Shown piece after piece: positions 52,569-64,000 of a stretch of 64,000 nucleotides of DNA; the first letter of the stretch is position 1, and every line of letters begins with the position of its first letter. Below the pieces are notes generated by a model. That model did not search any database, was not told where the DNA came from, and worked only from the letters and a program-made list of their open reading frames with translations. A program made the translations under genes and the position numbers. Source of the DNA: Gemmatimonas sp. (GTDB lineage: Bacteria > Gemmatimonadota > Gemmatimonadetes > Gemmatimonadales > Gemmatimonadaceae); contig OZ257156.1 in the NCBI GenBank assembly GCA_965279375.1, forward strand, positions 3,744,001 to 3,808,000. Reading direction: 5' to 3'.

Positions 52569-53062
52569 TCGCCCTTCGGGTCTGACGGGTCCCACAGTTC
52601 GCTCACCGGATGCGTCTGCGCGGTGAGGCGCTCGAGATCGTACACGAACGAGGCGCGGTCGAACTCTGCGTTCTCATAGTGGCGACCGAGATGAATCGCC
52701 TCCTCGGGGCATACCTCTTGGCAGTAGCCGCAGAAGATGCAGCGGAACTCATCGATCTCGAAGACAAGCGGGAATCGATTGCCCAACTCATCCTCGCCCG
52801 GCACCAGCTTGATGCAGTTGGCCGGACACACCGTCGGACACAGACCACACGCGACGCACTTGGCCTTGCCGGTCTCCGTGGTCAGCATGCGGTGCGTTCC
52901 GCGCCAGCGTGGAGACAGATCCCACTTGGTCTCGGGATACTGCATCGTGACCTTGTGCGGATCGACAAGGTGCTTGAGCGTCACGGCCATGCCGCTGAGC
53001 GTCGCGCGAATGTAGCTCACGCGCTCCAGCGGCCGGTTCATGACCTTGACTCCGATCGCCAT
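52565..53062 (-). CDS. nuoI: NADH-quinone oxidoreductase subunit I
   Basis: Two ferredoxin motifs CVACGLCPTVCP and CIFCGYCQEVCP; ATG at 53062. Confidence 0.96.
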   Translation of the reverse strand: MAIGVKVMNRPLERVSYIRATLSGMAVTLKHLVDPHKVTMQYPETKWDLSPRWRGTHRMLTTETGKAKCVACGLCPTVCPANCIKLVPGEDELGNRFPLVFEIDEFRCIFCGYCQEVCPEEAIHLGRHYENAEFDRASFVYDLERLTAQTHPVSELWDPSDPKGE

Positions 53063-54453
53063 CAGACGGGCTCCTCGATCGCTTCGACCGACGCCGACGG
53101 CTCGGCGATCGCGGCGACCAACGCAGGTTGTGCAGTGCGGGCTTTCGCGCGCTCGGCGGCGAGCTGACGACGCGACAGGTCGAGTCCGCGCGCACGCAGA
53201 CGTTCGAGATCGGTCGGTCCTACTCGCGGGCTCGCAGGGCTGATCAACTTGCCGCGGTCGAGCCAACGCAGCAGGATGGTCACGAGGACCACGTTCATGG
53301 CGAACAGCGCGAGCGAAAAGAGCGGTCCGCGTGTGACGCCCAACGCATCGAGGCCGAGTGTCGCGCAGGCGACGATGAGGATGTAGGCGAGCGCAACCGG
53401 GAGCATCACGCTCCAGCCGAGCGACATCAGCTGGTCATAGCGGAAGCGCGGCAATGTCCAGCGAATCCACATGAACGTGAACAGGAACAGGCCCGTCTTG
53501 GCTGCGAAGGTGCCCAGCGTGACGATCGTCTTGAGGATCGTCCAGGGCGGTACGTTGTCCCACTGCGTGAAAGGGATGTCCCATCCGCCGAAGAAGAGCG
53601 TCGCCGTCAGACCGCTGACGGTGGCCATGTTCGCATACTCGGCGATGAAGAACATCGAGAACTTCATGCCGCTGTATTCCGTGTGATAGCCGGCGACGAG
53701 CTCCGACTCCGCTTCCGGCAAGTCGAACGGGAGACGATTCGTCTCGGCGAACGACGCCACGAGGAAGGTGAACCACGCGATCGTCAGCGAGAGCACGTTC
53801 CAACCCATGCTCGCCTGTTGCTGAATGATCGCGGTAAGCGACACGTTGCCCGCGAGCAGCAGGATGGGAATGGTGGACATGCCCATCGCGATCTCGTAGG
53901 AGATCATCTGCGCGCTGGAGCGAAGGCCGCCGAGCAGCGCGTACTTGTTGTTCGACGACCAACCAGCCAGCACGATGCCGTACACGCCGAGCGAGGAGAT
54001 CGCGAGCGTGAAGAGATAGCCAACCGGAAGGTTCGCGACCGACATGTCGATCAACCCCCACGGCGTCGGCAGCGGAGCCGCGAGCGGTAGCACCGCCCAC
54101 GTGAGCATGGCGGGAATGAAGGCGAGCGCCGGCGCGAGCATGAACAACCAGCTGTCCGCGTCCGCCGGGTTGGTCTCTTCCTTCATGAAGTTCTTGATGC
54201 CGTCGGCCACCGGCTGCAGGATGCCCCACGGCCCGACACGATTGGGGCCGCGACGATCCTGAATCCACGCGGCGATCTTGCGTTCGGCGAGCGTCAGGAA
54301 CGCGACGCCGAGCATATAGAGGCCGAACACGACGAGAATCTTGATGATGCTCGCGAGAACAAACGTCCCTACTGCGGTCGGCGCGCTCTGCGGATCACTC
54401 TTGGGAAAGAGCGATGCGAGGTCGATCGCCGCGAGGACCGGAAAGCCGCTCAT
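53062..54453 (-). CDS. nuoH: NADH-quinone oxidoreductase subunit H
   Basis: ERK..RRGPNRVG, ETNRLPFDLPEAESEL, PRFRYDQLM. Confidence 0.97.
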   Translation of the reverse strand: MSGFPVLAAIDLASLFPKSDPQSAPTAVGTFVLASIIKILVVFGLYMLGVAFLTLAERKIAAWIQDRRGPNRVGPWGILQPVADGIKNFMKEETNPADADSWLFMLAPALAFIPAMLTWAVLPLAAPLPTPWGLIDMSVANLPVGYLFTLAISSLGVYGIVLAGWSSNNKYALLGGLRSSAQMISYEIAMGMSTIPILLLAGNVSLTAIIQQQASMGWNVLSLTIAWFTFLVASFAETNRLPFDLPEAESELVAGYHTEYSGMKFSMFFIAEYANMATVSGLTATLFFGGWDIPFTQWDNVPPWTILKTIVTLGTFAAKTGLFLFTFMWIRWTLPRFRYDQLMSLGWSVMLPVALAYILIVACATLGLDALGVTRGPLFSLALFAMNVVLVTILLRWLDRGKLISPASPRVGPTDLERLRARGLDLSRRQLAAERAKARTAQPALVAAIAEPSASVEAIEEPV

Positions 54454-56027
54454 ACGGTAGCCTCGACCGTGGCCGTCGTCTCACCGAGGATTGGCAGACC
54501 ACGCAATCCGAGTGCGTCGTAGTCGAGCGTTGCGAAGGGCGCGTGTGCTGCGCTCAGCGCCTCGAAGACATCGGAGGGGGCCAGGTACGAGCCCTCGGCT
54601 CCGAAGGCAGCGAGCAGATCGGCCAGCACATACCAGCTCGGGCGCGCAACGCCGGGGGCCGCCTTGGCTTGCAGGAAGCGCTGCACCCGACCGCGCAGGT
54701 TGGTAAGCGTTCCTTCTTCCTCGGCGATGTTCGTCAGCGGCAGCACCACGTGCGCGCGTGCGTTCAACACTTCGGGGAGCGCCGTGCCGGCGTAGATGAT
54801 TGTGGAGGCGCGATCGAGATCGCTGGCGTTCATGCCGTCGAGATCATCGCCAACGATCAGCAGTGCATCGCCATCGCGGACTGGCACCACCGGCGACGTG
54901 AGCTCGTGAAATCCGAGCAGGCGAGCTGCCGTCGCATTGGCCACGCGTTCGGCGCGCAGTGCGAGATCAGCGACTCCTGGAAGTGCGGCTTCAGCGCCGT
55001 GCTGCACGCGAAAGACGCCTTGTCCGTTGGAGTGCGCCACGATGCGCTCCAAAAGAAAGAGCGCTTCGTTGGACAGACTTGCCGACGCCAGTACCACCAA
55101 TCGCTTGCCAGACACACTGCGCACGGCGGTGGCGATAGCATCTTCCCACTCGGTGAGCTTGAGCGTGTTGCCGACACGCGCGTGCGGCTGCTCGATGCGG
55201 TCGCGGCGATTGAACTCGCGATAGCCAGCGCGTCCCACTTCGCACATGTAGAAGTGGTTGACGTCGTCGTTGGGGCGCGGACGCATGCGCACCGCGACGT
55301 TGTCACGCGTTTCGATGACGATGTTGCAACCCTGACTGCAGCCCGTGCACACGGAGGGCGCGCGATCAAGCTCCCACGCGCGCGCCTTGTTCAGGAAATC
55401 CTTGCTGAGCAGCGCACCAACCGGGCAGAGATCCACGACATTGCCGGCCCACGGATTGGTGAGATCGTGCCCTTCCGCCTTTCCGATGTACGCGCGATCA
55501 CCGCGCTCGGACACGTTGAGCACGGGTTCCTGCGCCACATCGCCCATGAATCGCACACAGCGCGTGCAGAGGATGCAGCGGTTCTGTACGTACAGCACGT
55601 CGCCGCCGAAGTCCTCGACGGGATTGAACCGTTTCGGCTCCCGATATCGCGAATCCGCGCGCCCTTCGGCGAAGGTATAGTCCTGCAGCTCGCACTCGCC
55701 GGCCTGATCGCAGATCGGGCAATCGAGCGGATGATTGATGAGCAGGAACTCCAGAACGCCCTTTCGAGCGTCCAGTGCCTTGGGCGAGTGCACGTGCACT
55801 ACCTGCCCTTCCATCACCGTCGTGGCGCATGAGGGCGCGAGTTTCGGAAACTTCTCGACTTCGACGAGGCACATGCGGCACACGCCAGCCACCGGCAATC
55901 CCGGATGGTAGCAATAGTGCGGAATGAGTACGCCGGCGGTCTTCGCCGCTTCGAGAATCGACGTACCGTCGGGCACCGTCACCGGGCGCCCTTCGATCGT
56001 CAGATTCACCATCTTCACGTCAGCCAT
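54450..56027 (-). CDS. nuoG: NADH-quinone oxidoreductase subunit G (short form)
   Basis: CYH..GVCRMC, HPLDCPICDQAGEC, CILCTRC, CTGCSQGC cluster motifs. Confidence 0.93.
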   Translation of the reverse strand: MADVKMVNLTIEGRPVTVPDGTSILEAAKTAGVLIPHYCYHPGLPVAGVCRMCLVEVEKFPKLAPSCATTVMEGQVVHVHSPKALDARKGVLEFLLINHPLDCPICDQAGECELQDYTFAEGRADSRYREPKRFNPVEDFGGDVLYVQNRCILCTRCVRFMGDVAQEPVLNVSERGDRAYIGKAEGHDLTNPWAGNVVDLCPVGALLSKDFLNKARAWELDRAPSVCTGCSQGCNIVIETRDNVAVRMRPRPNDDVNHFYMCEVGRAGYREFNRRDRIEQPHARVGNTLKLTEWEDAIATAVRSVSGKRLVVLASASLSNEALFLLERIVAHSNGQGVFRVQHGAEAALPGVADLALRAERVANATAARLLGFHELTSPVVPVRDGDALLIVGDDLDGMNASDLDRASTIIYAGTALPEVLNARAHVVLPLTNIAEEEGTLTNLRGRVQRFLQAKAAPGVARPSWYVLADLLAAFGAEGSYLAPSDVFEALSAAHAPFATLDYDALGLRGLPILGETTATVEATV

Positions 56028-56036
56028 GTCCTAACC

Positions 56037-57364
<1,328 letters not shown>

Positions 57365-57365
<1 letters not shown>

Positions 57366-57916
57366 TACTTCAGCTCCGACAGAATGCGCGGGACCGACTC
57401 CGGCGTCACAGACTCGACGAAGTCGTTGTTGATCATGATCGGCGTGGGGAATCCGCAGGCACCGAGGCACTCCACTTCAATCACCGTGAAGCGACCGTCG
57501 GCGCTCGTGAGTCCGAGGTCGCCGCAGCCGGAGTGTTCGAGCAGCGACTTCACCACATCTTCTGCGCCACACACGTTGCACGGCGTGGTCGTGCACACCT
57601 GAATGAAGTGGCGTCCGACCGGATGCTGATGGTACATCGTATAGAACGACGTCACGCCCTTCACGTAGGCGGGCGTGACACCGAGGCGCTGTGCGACCTC
57701 TTCCATCGACGCTTCGCTCACCCAACCGCGCGCGTCCTGCACCAGCCACAGCGCTGGCAACAGCGCGGCCTGCTTGCTCGGATAGCGGGAGATGATGAGT
57801 TCCAACTGCGCGAGCACATCACCAACGAACACCGGCGTGTGCGGTTCGTCGTGATGCGTGCCGTGTGGCGGGGCGGCGACGAGCGCGCCTCCGCTGGCGG
57901 AAGGACCGTGACTCAC
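57365..57916 (-). CDS. nuoE: NADH-quinone oxidoreductase subunit E
   Basis: SFYTMY, CTTTPC, ECLGAC. Confidence 0.96.
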
Positions 57917-59232
57917 CGGTCGATCTCTCCCATGACGATATCGATGCTGGCGTTGATGGCGATGACGTCGGACAGCAGATGTCCTTCGACCATCTTGGGA
58001 ATCGCCGAGAGGTTCACGAACGACGGCGGACGAATGCGCCAGCGGACTGGCTTTGCGGAGCCATCGCTGACGAGGTAGTAGCCCTTCTCACCCTTGGGGC
58101 TTTCGACGGCGACGTAGCACTCGCCGACCGGCGGTCGCGGCCCTTCCATCACCAGCTTGAAGTGATGGATCATCGATTCCATCTCGCTCGTCGCCTTGTG
58201 CTTGGGCGGCAGAATGAGACGAGGATCGTCCACGTTCACTGGACCATCCGGCAGACGACGCACGGCCTGCTCAAGAATACGGACGCTCTGCCGCATCTCT
58301 TCCACGCGCACAAGGAAGCGATCGTAGACATCGCCCGCGGTCCCGACCGGCACGTCGAAGTCGTATGTCTCGTAGTCGAGATACGGGAAGTCCTTGCGCA
58401 CGTCGTAGGCGACGCCGGACGCGCGCAGCATCGGTCCGGAGAGGCCGGCGTTGACCGCTTCCTCGGCAGACATCGCGCCGAGTCCAACCGTGCGGCCAGC
58501 CCAGATCGCGTTCGTCTCGAGCATCTTGACGCATTCCTCGAGCGTCTTCGAGAAGCCCTTGATGAAGGCGCGCAGTCCGTCGAGCCAGCCATCCGGAATG
58601 TCGGCTGCCATGCCACCGACGCGGGTCATCGAAGTCGTGAGTCGAGCACCCACCCAGCCTTCGAGCAGATTGTAGACGTTCTCACGTTCCTGATACAGCC
58701 AGAAGAACGGCGTCAGCGCACCGATGTCCACCGCGGTGGTACCGAGCCAGACGATGTGCGAAATGATGCGCGACAATTCCATCGCAATCACGCGCAGCAC
58801 CGTGCAGCGCGGCGTGATCTCTACGCCGAACAAGCGCTCGCACCCTAACGCGAAGGCGACGTTGTTGCCCGGCGAATTGAGATAGTCTTCGCGATCCGTC
58901 CAGGGAATGATCTGATTGTACGGGCGATACTCGCCGATCTTCTCGAAGCCGCAGTGCAGATAGCCGACGTGCGGAATGCAGCGCACCACTGTCTCGCCAT
59001 CGAGCTCGAGCACCAGGCGGAGCACGCCGTGTGTGGCGGGATGTTGCGGCCCGATGTTGATCAGCATGTGATCGGCATCGAGCTCCGGTTCCACACGTGA
59101 CAGTCCATCGAGCGCGACGGCGCTCTGTCCCCGCACCACGAGCGGTGCGCGGATCGGCATGCCGTTGGCGTCGACGCCGCTCGTTCCCAGCGCCATTTCA
59201 ATCGTGCGGCGGGTGTCGGTTGACGCGCTCAT
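57913..59232 (-). CDS. nuoD: NADH-quinone oxidoreductase subunit D
   Basis: GPQHPATHGVLR, GPMLRASG, ESPKGE, DIVMGEIDR. Confidence 0.97.
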   Translation of the reverse strand: MSASTDTRRTIEMALGTSGVDANGMPIRAPLVVRGQSAVALDGLSRVEPELDADHMLINIGPQHPATHGVLRLVLELDGETVVRCIPHVGYLHCGFEKIGEYRPYNQIIPWTDREDYLNSPGNNVAFALGCERLFGVEITPRCTVLRVIAMELSRIISHIVWLGTTAVDIGALTPFFWLYQERENVYNLLEGWVGARLTTSMTRVGGMAADIPDGWLDGLRAFIKGFSKTLEECVKMLETNAIWAGRTVGLGAMSAEEAVNAGLSGPMLRASGVAYDVRKDFPYLDYETYDFDVPVGTAGDVYDRFLVRVEEMRQSVRILEQAVRRLPDGPVNVDDPRLILPPKHKATSEMESMIHHFKLVMEGPRPPVGECYVAVESPKGEKGYYLVSDGSAKPVRWRIRPPSFVNLSAIPKMVEGHLLSDVIAINASIDIVMGEIDR

Positions 59233-59942
59233 TCTCCGCCCTCCTCGCCTGCACGGGTGGCGCGATCATCCGCGAGGCGGCGGCGCATGTCCTCGGGCAG
59301 TGAATTAAACGCTTCGGCGATGCTCAACTCGTTCATCGAGTAGCGGGCCTCAGGATCCTGCGCGAGGGCCTGCTTGAGCTGTTCCGAGCGACTGAACCGA
59401 CCACGCAATGGGAAGTTCTTCCGCAGCGGATGGCCTTCCTTGTAGCTGTCCCACAGCAAAATGCGTCGCAGGTCGGGATGGCCGTCGAACTTGATGCCGA
59501 ACATGTCGTAGCACTCGCGTTCGAGCCAATCCGCGCCGCTGTAGATGTCCATGATCGACGGGACGATCATCGTGCCACGCTTCGGCAGCTCGACCTTGAG
59601 CCGCAGGAATCGACGACCGGCCAACGCGCGCAGATGCCACACCACTTCGATCGGGCGCATGACGTCGCGATACTCTACCGCGGTTACGTCCACGAGATAG
59701 TCGTAGCGCTGCGACGGCTCATCGTGCAGCCAACGCACCACTGCGTGAATCGCGTCGACGCGCACATACACGGTGGTCTCGCCCCACGTGACGTCAGCGC
59801 GTTCGATCGCCTCGCCGAACTGCGCACGCAGCGCGTCGACCGAAGGATTCATCGCGCCGCCACGATGCGCGACGTGCTGCGGCGTTGCCGGAAGTCCGAC
59901 TGCCTCGCCGGCTGCTGGCGTCGGAAGATTCGGAGTGGTCAC
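59229..59942 (-). CDS. nuoC: NADH-quinone oxidoreductase subunit C
   Basis: [27 protein letters not shown]. Confidence 0.96.
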   Translation of the reverse strand: MTTPNLPTPAAGEAVGLPATPQHVAHRGGAMNPSVDALRAQFGEAIERADVTWGETTVYVRVDAIHAVVRWLHDEPSQRYDYLVDVTAVEYRDVMRPIEVVWHLRALAGRRFLRLKVELPKRGTMIVPSIMDIYSGADWLERECYDMFGIKFDGHPDLRRILLWDSYKEGHPLRKNFPLRGRFSRSEQLKQALAQDPEARYSMNELSIAEAFNSLPEDMRRRLADDRATRAGEEGGE

Positions 59943-60565
59943 GGGTTTGAGCGCGTCTGATTGACCGAGTTGCCAAACGGCTCCGACAGCTCGTCGATGC
60001 GCGAGGGCGGGATGTACAGCTGGCTCGTCGCATCCGGCTCCATCTCGACGTGCGCCTTGGCATCACGCAGACGATCGCGCATCACCTTCTGCTGCAGCAT
60101 CATGATGCCGTGCATCAACGCTTCCGGGCGCGGAGGGCAGCCCGGCACGTACACGTCCACCGGGATGATCGTGTCGATCCCCTGCACCACCGCGTAGTTG
60201 TCGAACATGCCGCCGGTGGAGGCGCAGGCGCCCATGGAAATCACCCACTTGGGCTGCGGCATCTGCTGATAGATGCGGCGAATGACCGGCGCGAGTTTGT
60301 ACGGCACTCGGCCCGCGCAGAGCAAGACGTCAGCCTGTCGCGGCGAGAAGCTCAAGCGCTCCATGCCAAATCGCGCGAGGTCGAATCGTGCTGAGGCGCT
60401 CGACATGAACTCGATGGCGCAGCAGGCGGTGCCGAATGGCATCGGCCACATCGAGCCAGCACGCGCCCAGTTCACGAGGAAATCGAGTCGCGTCGTCACC
60501 CAGCCGTCTTGCGACTTGGGATCCACAGGGACGATGCGACGGTCGAGTGACGGCGTTACTCCCAC
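59939..60565 (-). CDS. nuoB: NADH-quinone oxidoreductase subunit B
   Basis: [28 protein letters not shown]. Confidence 0.97.
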   Translation of the reverse strand: MGVTPSLDRRIVPVDPKSQDGWVTTRLDFLVNWARAGSMWPMPFGTACCAIEFMSSASARFDLARFGMERLSFSPRQADVLLCAGRVPYKLAPVIRRIYQQMPQPKWVISMGACASTGGMFDNYAVVQGIDTIIPVDVYVPGCPPRPEALMHGIMMLQQKVMRDRLRDAKAHVEMEPDATSQLYIPPSRIDELSEPFGNSVNQTRSNP

Positions 60566-60960
60566 GTCAGTGCTCCCTTTTTCCAGACATACACGAAGCC
60601 GACGACGAGAATCACTGCAAAAACGAGCATCTCACCGAGCCCGAAGAAGCTGAGCTGTCCGGCTGGGCACGCGTTGGCGACCATGGGCACGGCGCATGAT
60701 AGCTGCCGATAGTAGACACCCCACGGAATCATGAACACCGTCTCGATGTCGAACACGATGAACAACATCGCGACGAGATAGAATTTCACCGAGAAGCGAT
60801 CGCGCGCATCGCCGAGCGGCGCAATGCCGGACTCGTAGGGCTGCGATTTCACGGCCGTGGGCTGGGCACGCACACTCAGATGCGAGAGGCCAAGAATGAC
60901 CACCGCATTGAGGATCACGAACCCCAGCAGCAGGAGCACCGGGAGGTAATTTCGAAGCAT
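60556..60960 (-). CDS. nuoA: NADH-quinone oxidoreductase subunit A
   Basis: [30 protein letters not shown] at 60960. Confidence 0.96.
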   Translation of the reverse strand: MLRNYLPVLLLLGFVILNAVVILGLSHLSVRAQPTAVKSQPYESGIAPLGDARDRFSVKFYLVAMLFIVFDIETVFMIPWGVYYRQLSCAVPMVANACPAGQLSFFGLGEMLVFAVILVVGFVYVWKKGALTWE

Positions 60961-60991
60961 CAGGGCCGCACCGAGCGAATAATCGCCGTCC

Positions 60992-61009
60992 TCGTGAAAG
61001 AATTCACAA
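60992..61009. promoter_or_regulatory. Rex-type (or CRP-family) operator upstream of nuoA
   Basis: TTGTGAA-TTCT-TTCACGA on the minus strand, one mismatch from Rex consensus TTGTGAA-N4-TTCACAA. Confidence 0.7.
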
Positions 61010-61022
61010 TAGAGGTTGAAAG

Positions 61023-61051
61023 AAAGTAGTGAGCGGACCACCGAGGCTCAA
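61023..61051 (-). promoter_or_regulatory. Putative sigma-70 promoter of the nuo operon
   Basis: TTGAGC-N17-TACTTT, just upstream of the operator. Confidence 0.5.
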
Positions 61052-61243
61052 CAAGTGATACTCCTCTAAGTATCCGAAATAACCGGCTACCCTAGTTTTA
61101 CCAGAAATTGACACGCGCTTCATTTGATCCGACGACGCGTAGCACGTTCGGTAAACCATTCGTAGCTTACCGCGCAGGCGCGATGTGGGCGGACCGATCG
61201 GTCCGAATTCCCACGGCTCCGACACCCTCTACCCTCGTCAGCC

Positions 61244-61798
61244 ATGGGGCTTTGCTCCGATCGGTGGATTACGCGCATGGCGCGCGAACACGGCATGATC
61301 GAACCCTTCGAGGATCGCCAGGTCCGCGAAGGCGTCATCTCATACGGCGTCAGCTCGTACGGCTACGACATGCGCGTCGCGCGTGAGTTCAAGATCTTCA
61401 CGAACGTGCTCAGCTCGATCGTGGACCCGAAGCAGTTCGACCCGAAGAGCTTTGTCGAATTCGAAGGGGATGTCTGCATCGTGCCCCCAAATTCCTTCGC
61501 ACTCGCACGCAGCGTCGAATACTTCCGCATTCCGCGCAACGTGCTGACGCTCACAGTCGGCAAGAGCACCTACGCCCGCTGCGGCATCATCACCAACGTC
61601 ACGCCATTCGAACCTGAGTGGGAAGGATATGTGACACTGGAAATCTCCAACACCACGCCGCTGCCGGCGAAGATCTACGCCAACGAGGGCATTGCCCAGG
61701 TCGTCTTCTTCACCGGAGACGAACCGCCCGAAGTCAGCTACGGCGACAAGAAGGGCAAGTACCAGGGGCAGCACGGCGTCACGTTGCCGCGCATCTAG
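61244..61798 (+). CDS. dcd: dCTP deaminase
   Basis: [34 protein letters not shown]. Confidence 0.97.
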   Translation: MGLCSDRWITRMAREHGMIEPFEDRQVREGVISYGVSSYGYDMRVAREFKIFTNVLSSIVDPKQFDPKSFVEFEGDVCIVPPNSFALARSVEYFRIPRNVLTLTVGKSTYARCGIITNVTPFEPEWEGYVTLEISNTTPLPAKIYANEGIAQVVFFTGDEPPEVSYGDKKGKYQGQHGVTLPRI

Positions 61799-61839
61799 TT
61801 CGTTTCGCCGAGAGACGAGTTGCCCTCTCTCAGCCGCCT

Positions 61840-63339
61840 CTAGCGCTTGGGAGCCGCACGCAGCTCCGGGAGCCCGTCGAACCAGTGACGGAGCCCCGGA
61901 CGTGCGGCGCAAGCCTGAAGTCGCCACGCGCGGGCTCGCCCCCATTCCTCCGCGCGCGCCAGAAGCTCGACCAGCCGTACCGTGGGCGGCGAGAAGATGT
62001 CGTTGACGGTGAGGCTGTCCCCTTCGAGGAGCCGAGCCTCCAGTGCGGATATCGCCTCGCGCAGCTCGGCTCGCATGACCTCTCGGTAGCCTGCCTCGCC
62101 GCGCGCCTCCCACCCAGCCGCGTAGCGACTGAATGCCGCCGGATTCGCTCCGTTGCGCCTTTCGGCGAGTGCATCCACGAACTGACCGGAATCTTCCAGC
62201 ACGCGAACGAGCCGCGCCCGCGCGGGTTGATGTCGTGCGTCCAGTGACAACGTCTCGCGCAATGCGACGAGCGCGCCTTCCGTATCGCCGACGGCCGCGC
62301 GGGCCGCACCGAGTGAACTCCACATGTGCGGGATGTCCGGCTCGAGCTTCACCGCGATCTCCATCTGCGAGAGCGCCTCATCGACGCGACCGTCCATGCC
62401 CAGCCACACGCCATAGAAGCGGTGCGCCTCCGCGTACTCCGGCTCGTTGCGTACCGCCGTGGAGAACTCACTGCCTGCACGTGCCCAATCATCGTCGAGG
62501 TACATGGCACGCACGGCGAAATGCACGTGCGGAATCGCCAGGTTCGGGTCGAGCTCCGCGGCGCGATGACTGAACTCGATGGCGCGCCCAAACTGTTGAT
62601 GGAAGTTCTCGAGCGTACCGCGCCGTGCGGAGACGGCGTAGTAGTTGGACAGCCCGGCCAGAGCGGGCCCAAAGGACGGATCCTCAGCGAGCGCTCGCTC
62701 AAAATACGTGCGAGAGCGTTCCAGTTCGCTTGGGGCGCCGCCGTGTGCGGCGCGCAGAAAGAGATAGTGCCCACGCAGGTACAGCGTGTACGGATCGATC
62801 GCGTGCGCACGCGCGTGCGCCGTCGGCGGGCGGTACGGGACAGTCGACTGCGATGCACTGGAGCGCACGAGATCGTTGATGCGTTCTCGCTCTGCATGCG
62901 CCCATTGGTTAAACGGTTCTGCGTGATCCACGCCGAAGTCCCAGAGCGGACTGATGTCGGAGGTTCGCAACGGCAGAGAGCCGGTGACACACATGCGCTC
63001 CAAATCCAGCGCGTCACAGCCAAGGACCCGCGGATTGATACCTACCAAGTGCTCACCGATCGACACGACCACGTCACGCCCCAGTGCGACGCGAATCGTG
63101 TACAGCGCGTTCCGGAGTGCGCGCCGCGCGTCAGGCTCGGTTCGCCCCGGCCAGAGCAGCTGCATCAGATGGCTTCGAGCATGCGCGCCTCGAGGTCGCG
63201 ACAGCAGCAGGTAGCACAGCAGCGCGAGTGGACGCGGCTGCGTGATCAACGACGGCTGCTCCGCATCGTCCGACGAATGGACGCCGAGCGTTCCCAGTAC
63301 ACGAAGGACGTACGGAGCAGGAGTCTGCATCTGCGTCAC
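61840..63339 (-). CDS. SARP/AfsR-like regulator: wHTH, partial BTAD and TPR repeats
   Basis: LRVLG..ALLCYL..LLWP..RRALRNALY N-terminus; TPR-like repeats (FERALAEDP, AAELDP, AVKLEP). Confidence 0.78.
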   Translation of the reverse strand: MTQMQTPAPYVLRVLGTLGVHSSDDAEQPSLITQPRPLALLCYLLLSRPRGAHARSHLMQLLWPGRTEPDARRALRNALYTIRVALGRDVVVSIGEHLVGINPRVLGCDALDLERMCVTGSLPLRTSDISPLWDFGVDHAEPFNQWAHAERERINDLVRSSASQSTVPYRPPTAHARAHAIDPYTLYLRGHYLFLRAAHGGAPSELERSRTYFERALAEDPSFGPALAGLSNYYAVSARRGTLENFHQQFGRAIEFSHRAAELDPNLAIPHVHFAVRAMYLDDDWARAGSEFSTAVRNEPEYAEAHRFYGVWLGMDGRVDEALSQMEIAVKLEPDIPHMWSSLGAARAAVGDTEGALVALRETLSLDARHQPARARLVRVLEDSGQFVDALAERRNGANPAAFSRYAAGWEARGEAGYREVMRAELREAISALEARLLEGDSLTVNDIFSPPTVRLVELLARAEEWGRARAWRLQACAARPGLRHWFDGLPELRAAPKR

Positions 63340-63360
63340 ATGCGGCGGGAGGGGTGAGTG

Positions 63361-63999
63361 CTACGGGCACCGCTTCGCAGCATCGTACGCGTGCCGGACG
63401 CCATTGGCAACGAGGGCGCCGTTGACTGTCACCGTGTTCAGCAAGCCGTCAGGATGCGCCAGCCATGCGCGATCCCACGGTAGCTCGCCGCCAAGCGTGA
63501 TCTGAATCGCCGAGCTTCGCGAATATGGTTGCGCGGCCAACCCGAGTCCTGCGGTATGCCTAGTCAAGGCGACATAGAGATCCGTCTGACACTGCGCGAC
63601 GAACTGATTGCCGGACGTCTCGATGATCGCATCACCCTTCAGACTCGAACCCGCGACAGGAAACCCGGCCTCGACGATCACGCCGAAGCGATTGTGGTGC
63701 ACGTAGTTGTCGCGGATGGTCAGTCGCGACGTACCAGCCACGTTCGGAGCGCCGATTCCTATGGTCGCCAATCGGATGCCCACGCCAACTGGCGTACGCT
63801 GATGGCCGCTGATCTCGTTCCGCGAGATGTCGACGCTGACGAAGCTCACGCTCGGCGGAAAGAACTGGTTAACCCCTGCGGGTGCCGGCAACACGGTGGC
63901 GGGTACCACGAGGATTCCGGGGATACCGCCGTCGCGAAGCGTGTTGGCGAAGACCTCGAACGTACCTGGTCCGGCCACGCAGATGTCGCAGGTGCCGCC
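63361..63999 (-). CDS. Putative parallel beta-helix protein (5' part beyond window edge)
   Basis: Frame open to the window end; repeats such as VFANTL, ISRNEI, IRDNYVHHNRFG, TSGNQF. Confidence 0.6.
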   Translation of the reverse strand, partial: GGTCDICVAGPGTFEVFANTLRDGGIPGILVVPATVLPAPAGVNQFFPPSVSFVSVDISRNEISGHQRTPVGVGIRLATIGIGAPNVAGTSRLTIRDNYVHHNRFGVIVEAGFPVAGSSLKGDAIIETSGNQFVAQCQTDLYVALTRHTAGLGLAAQPYSRSSAIQITLGGELPWDRAWLAHPDGLLNTVTVNGALVANGVRHAYDAAKRCP

Positions 64000-64000
64000 A

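Overview
High-GC bacterial chromosomal segment, densely coding and almost all housekeeping. Gene content (Kdo/Lpt genes, futalosine pathway, UPF0182, SARP/TPR regulator) suggests a diderm such as Gemmatimonadota; this is an inference. From 1 to 10.3 kb genes lie mostly on the + strand (DUF512, der, plsY, gpsA, MerR-like, surE, pcm, acylphosphatase, apt, tRNA-Arg(CCU), TPR protein). From 10.9 to 61 kb almost all lie on the - strand: nuoA-N, PMM/PGM, UPF0182, sucCD, EIIA-CBS, ndk, yceD-rpmF-plsX-fabHDG-acpP-fabF, mqnEAC, ispF, dedA, xerD, a glutamine amidotransferase, kdsB-pyrG-kdsACD-lptC-lptA-like-lptB-rpoN, glycosyltransferases and dapF. The two blocks converge on an intergenic region with a clear dif site (10672-10699), where the strand also switches by eye from G/T-rich to C/A-rich, so this is probably the replication terminus; DnaA-box-like motifs sit directly beside dif. 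Other notable points: a tRNA-adjacent lipoprotein plus small membrane protein pair resembling a toxin/immunity module, a non-canonical Lpt bridge, a sigma54 site overlapping the sigma70 promoter of the rpoN-containing operon, and a Rex/CRP-like operator before nuoA. No CRISPR array, rRNA or transposase was seen. All calls come from reading the sequence; no searches were run.
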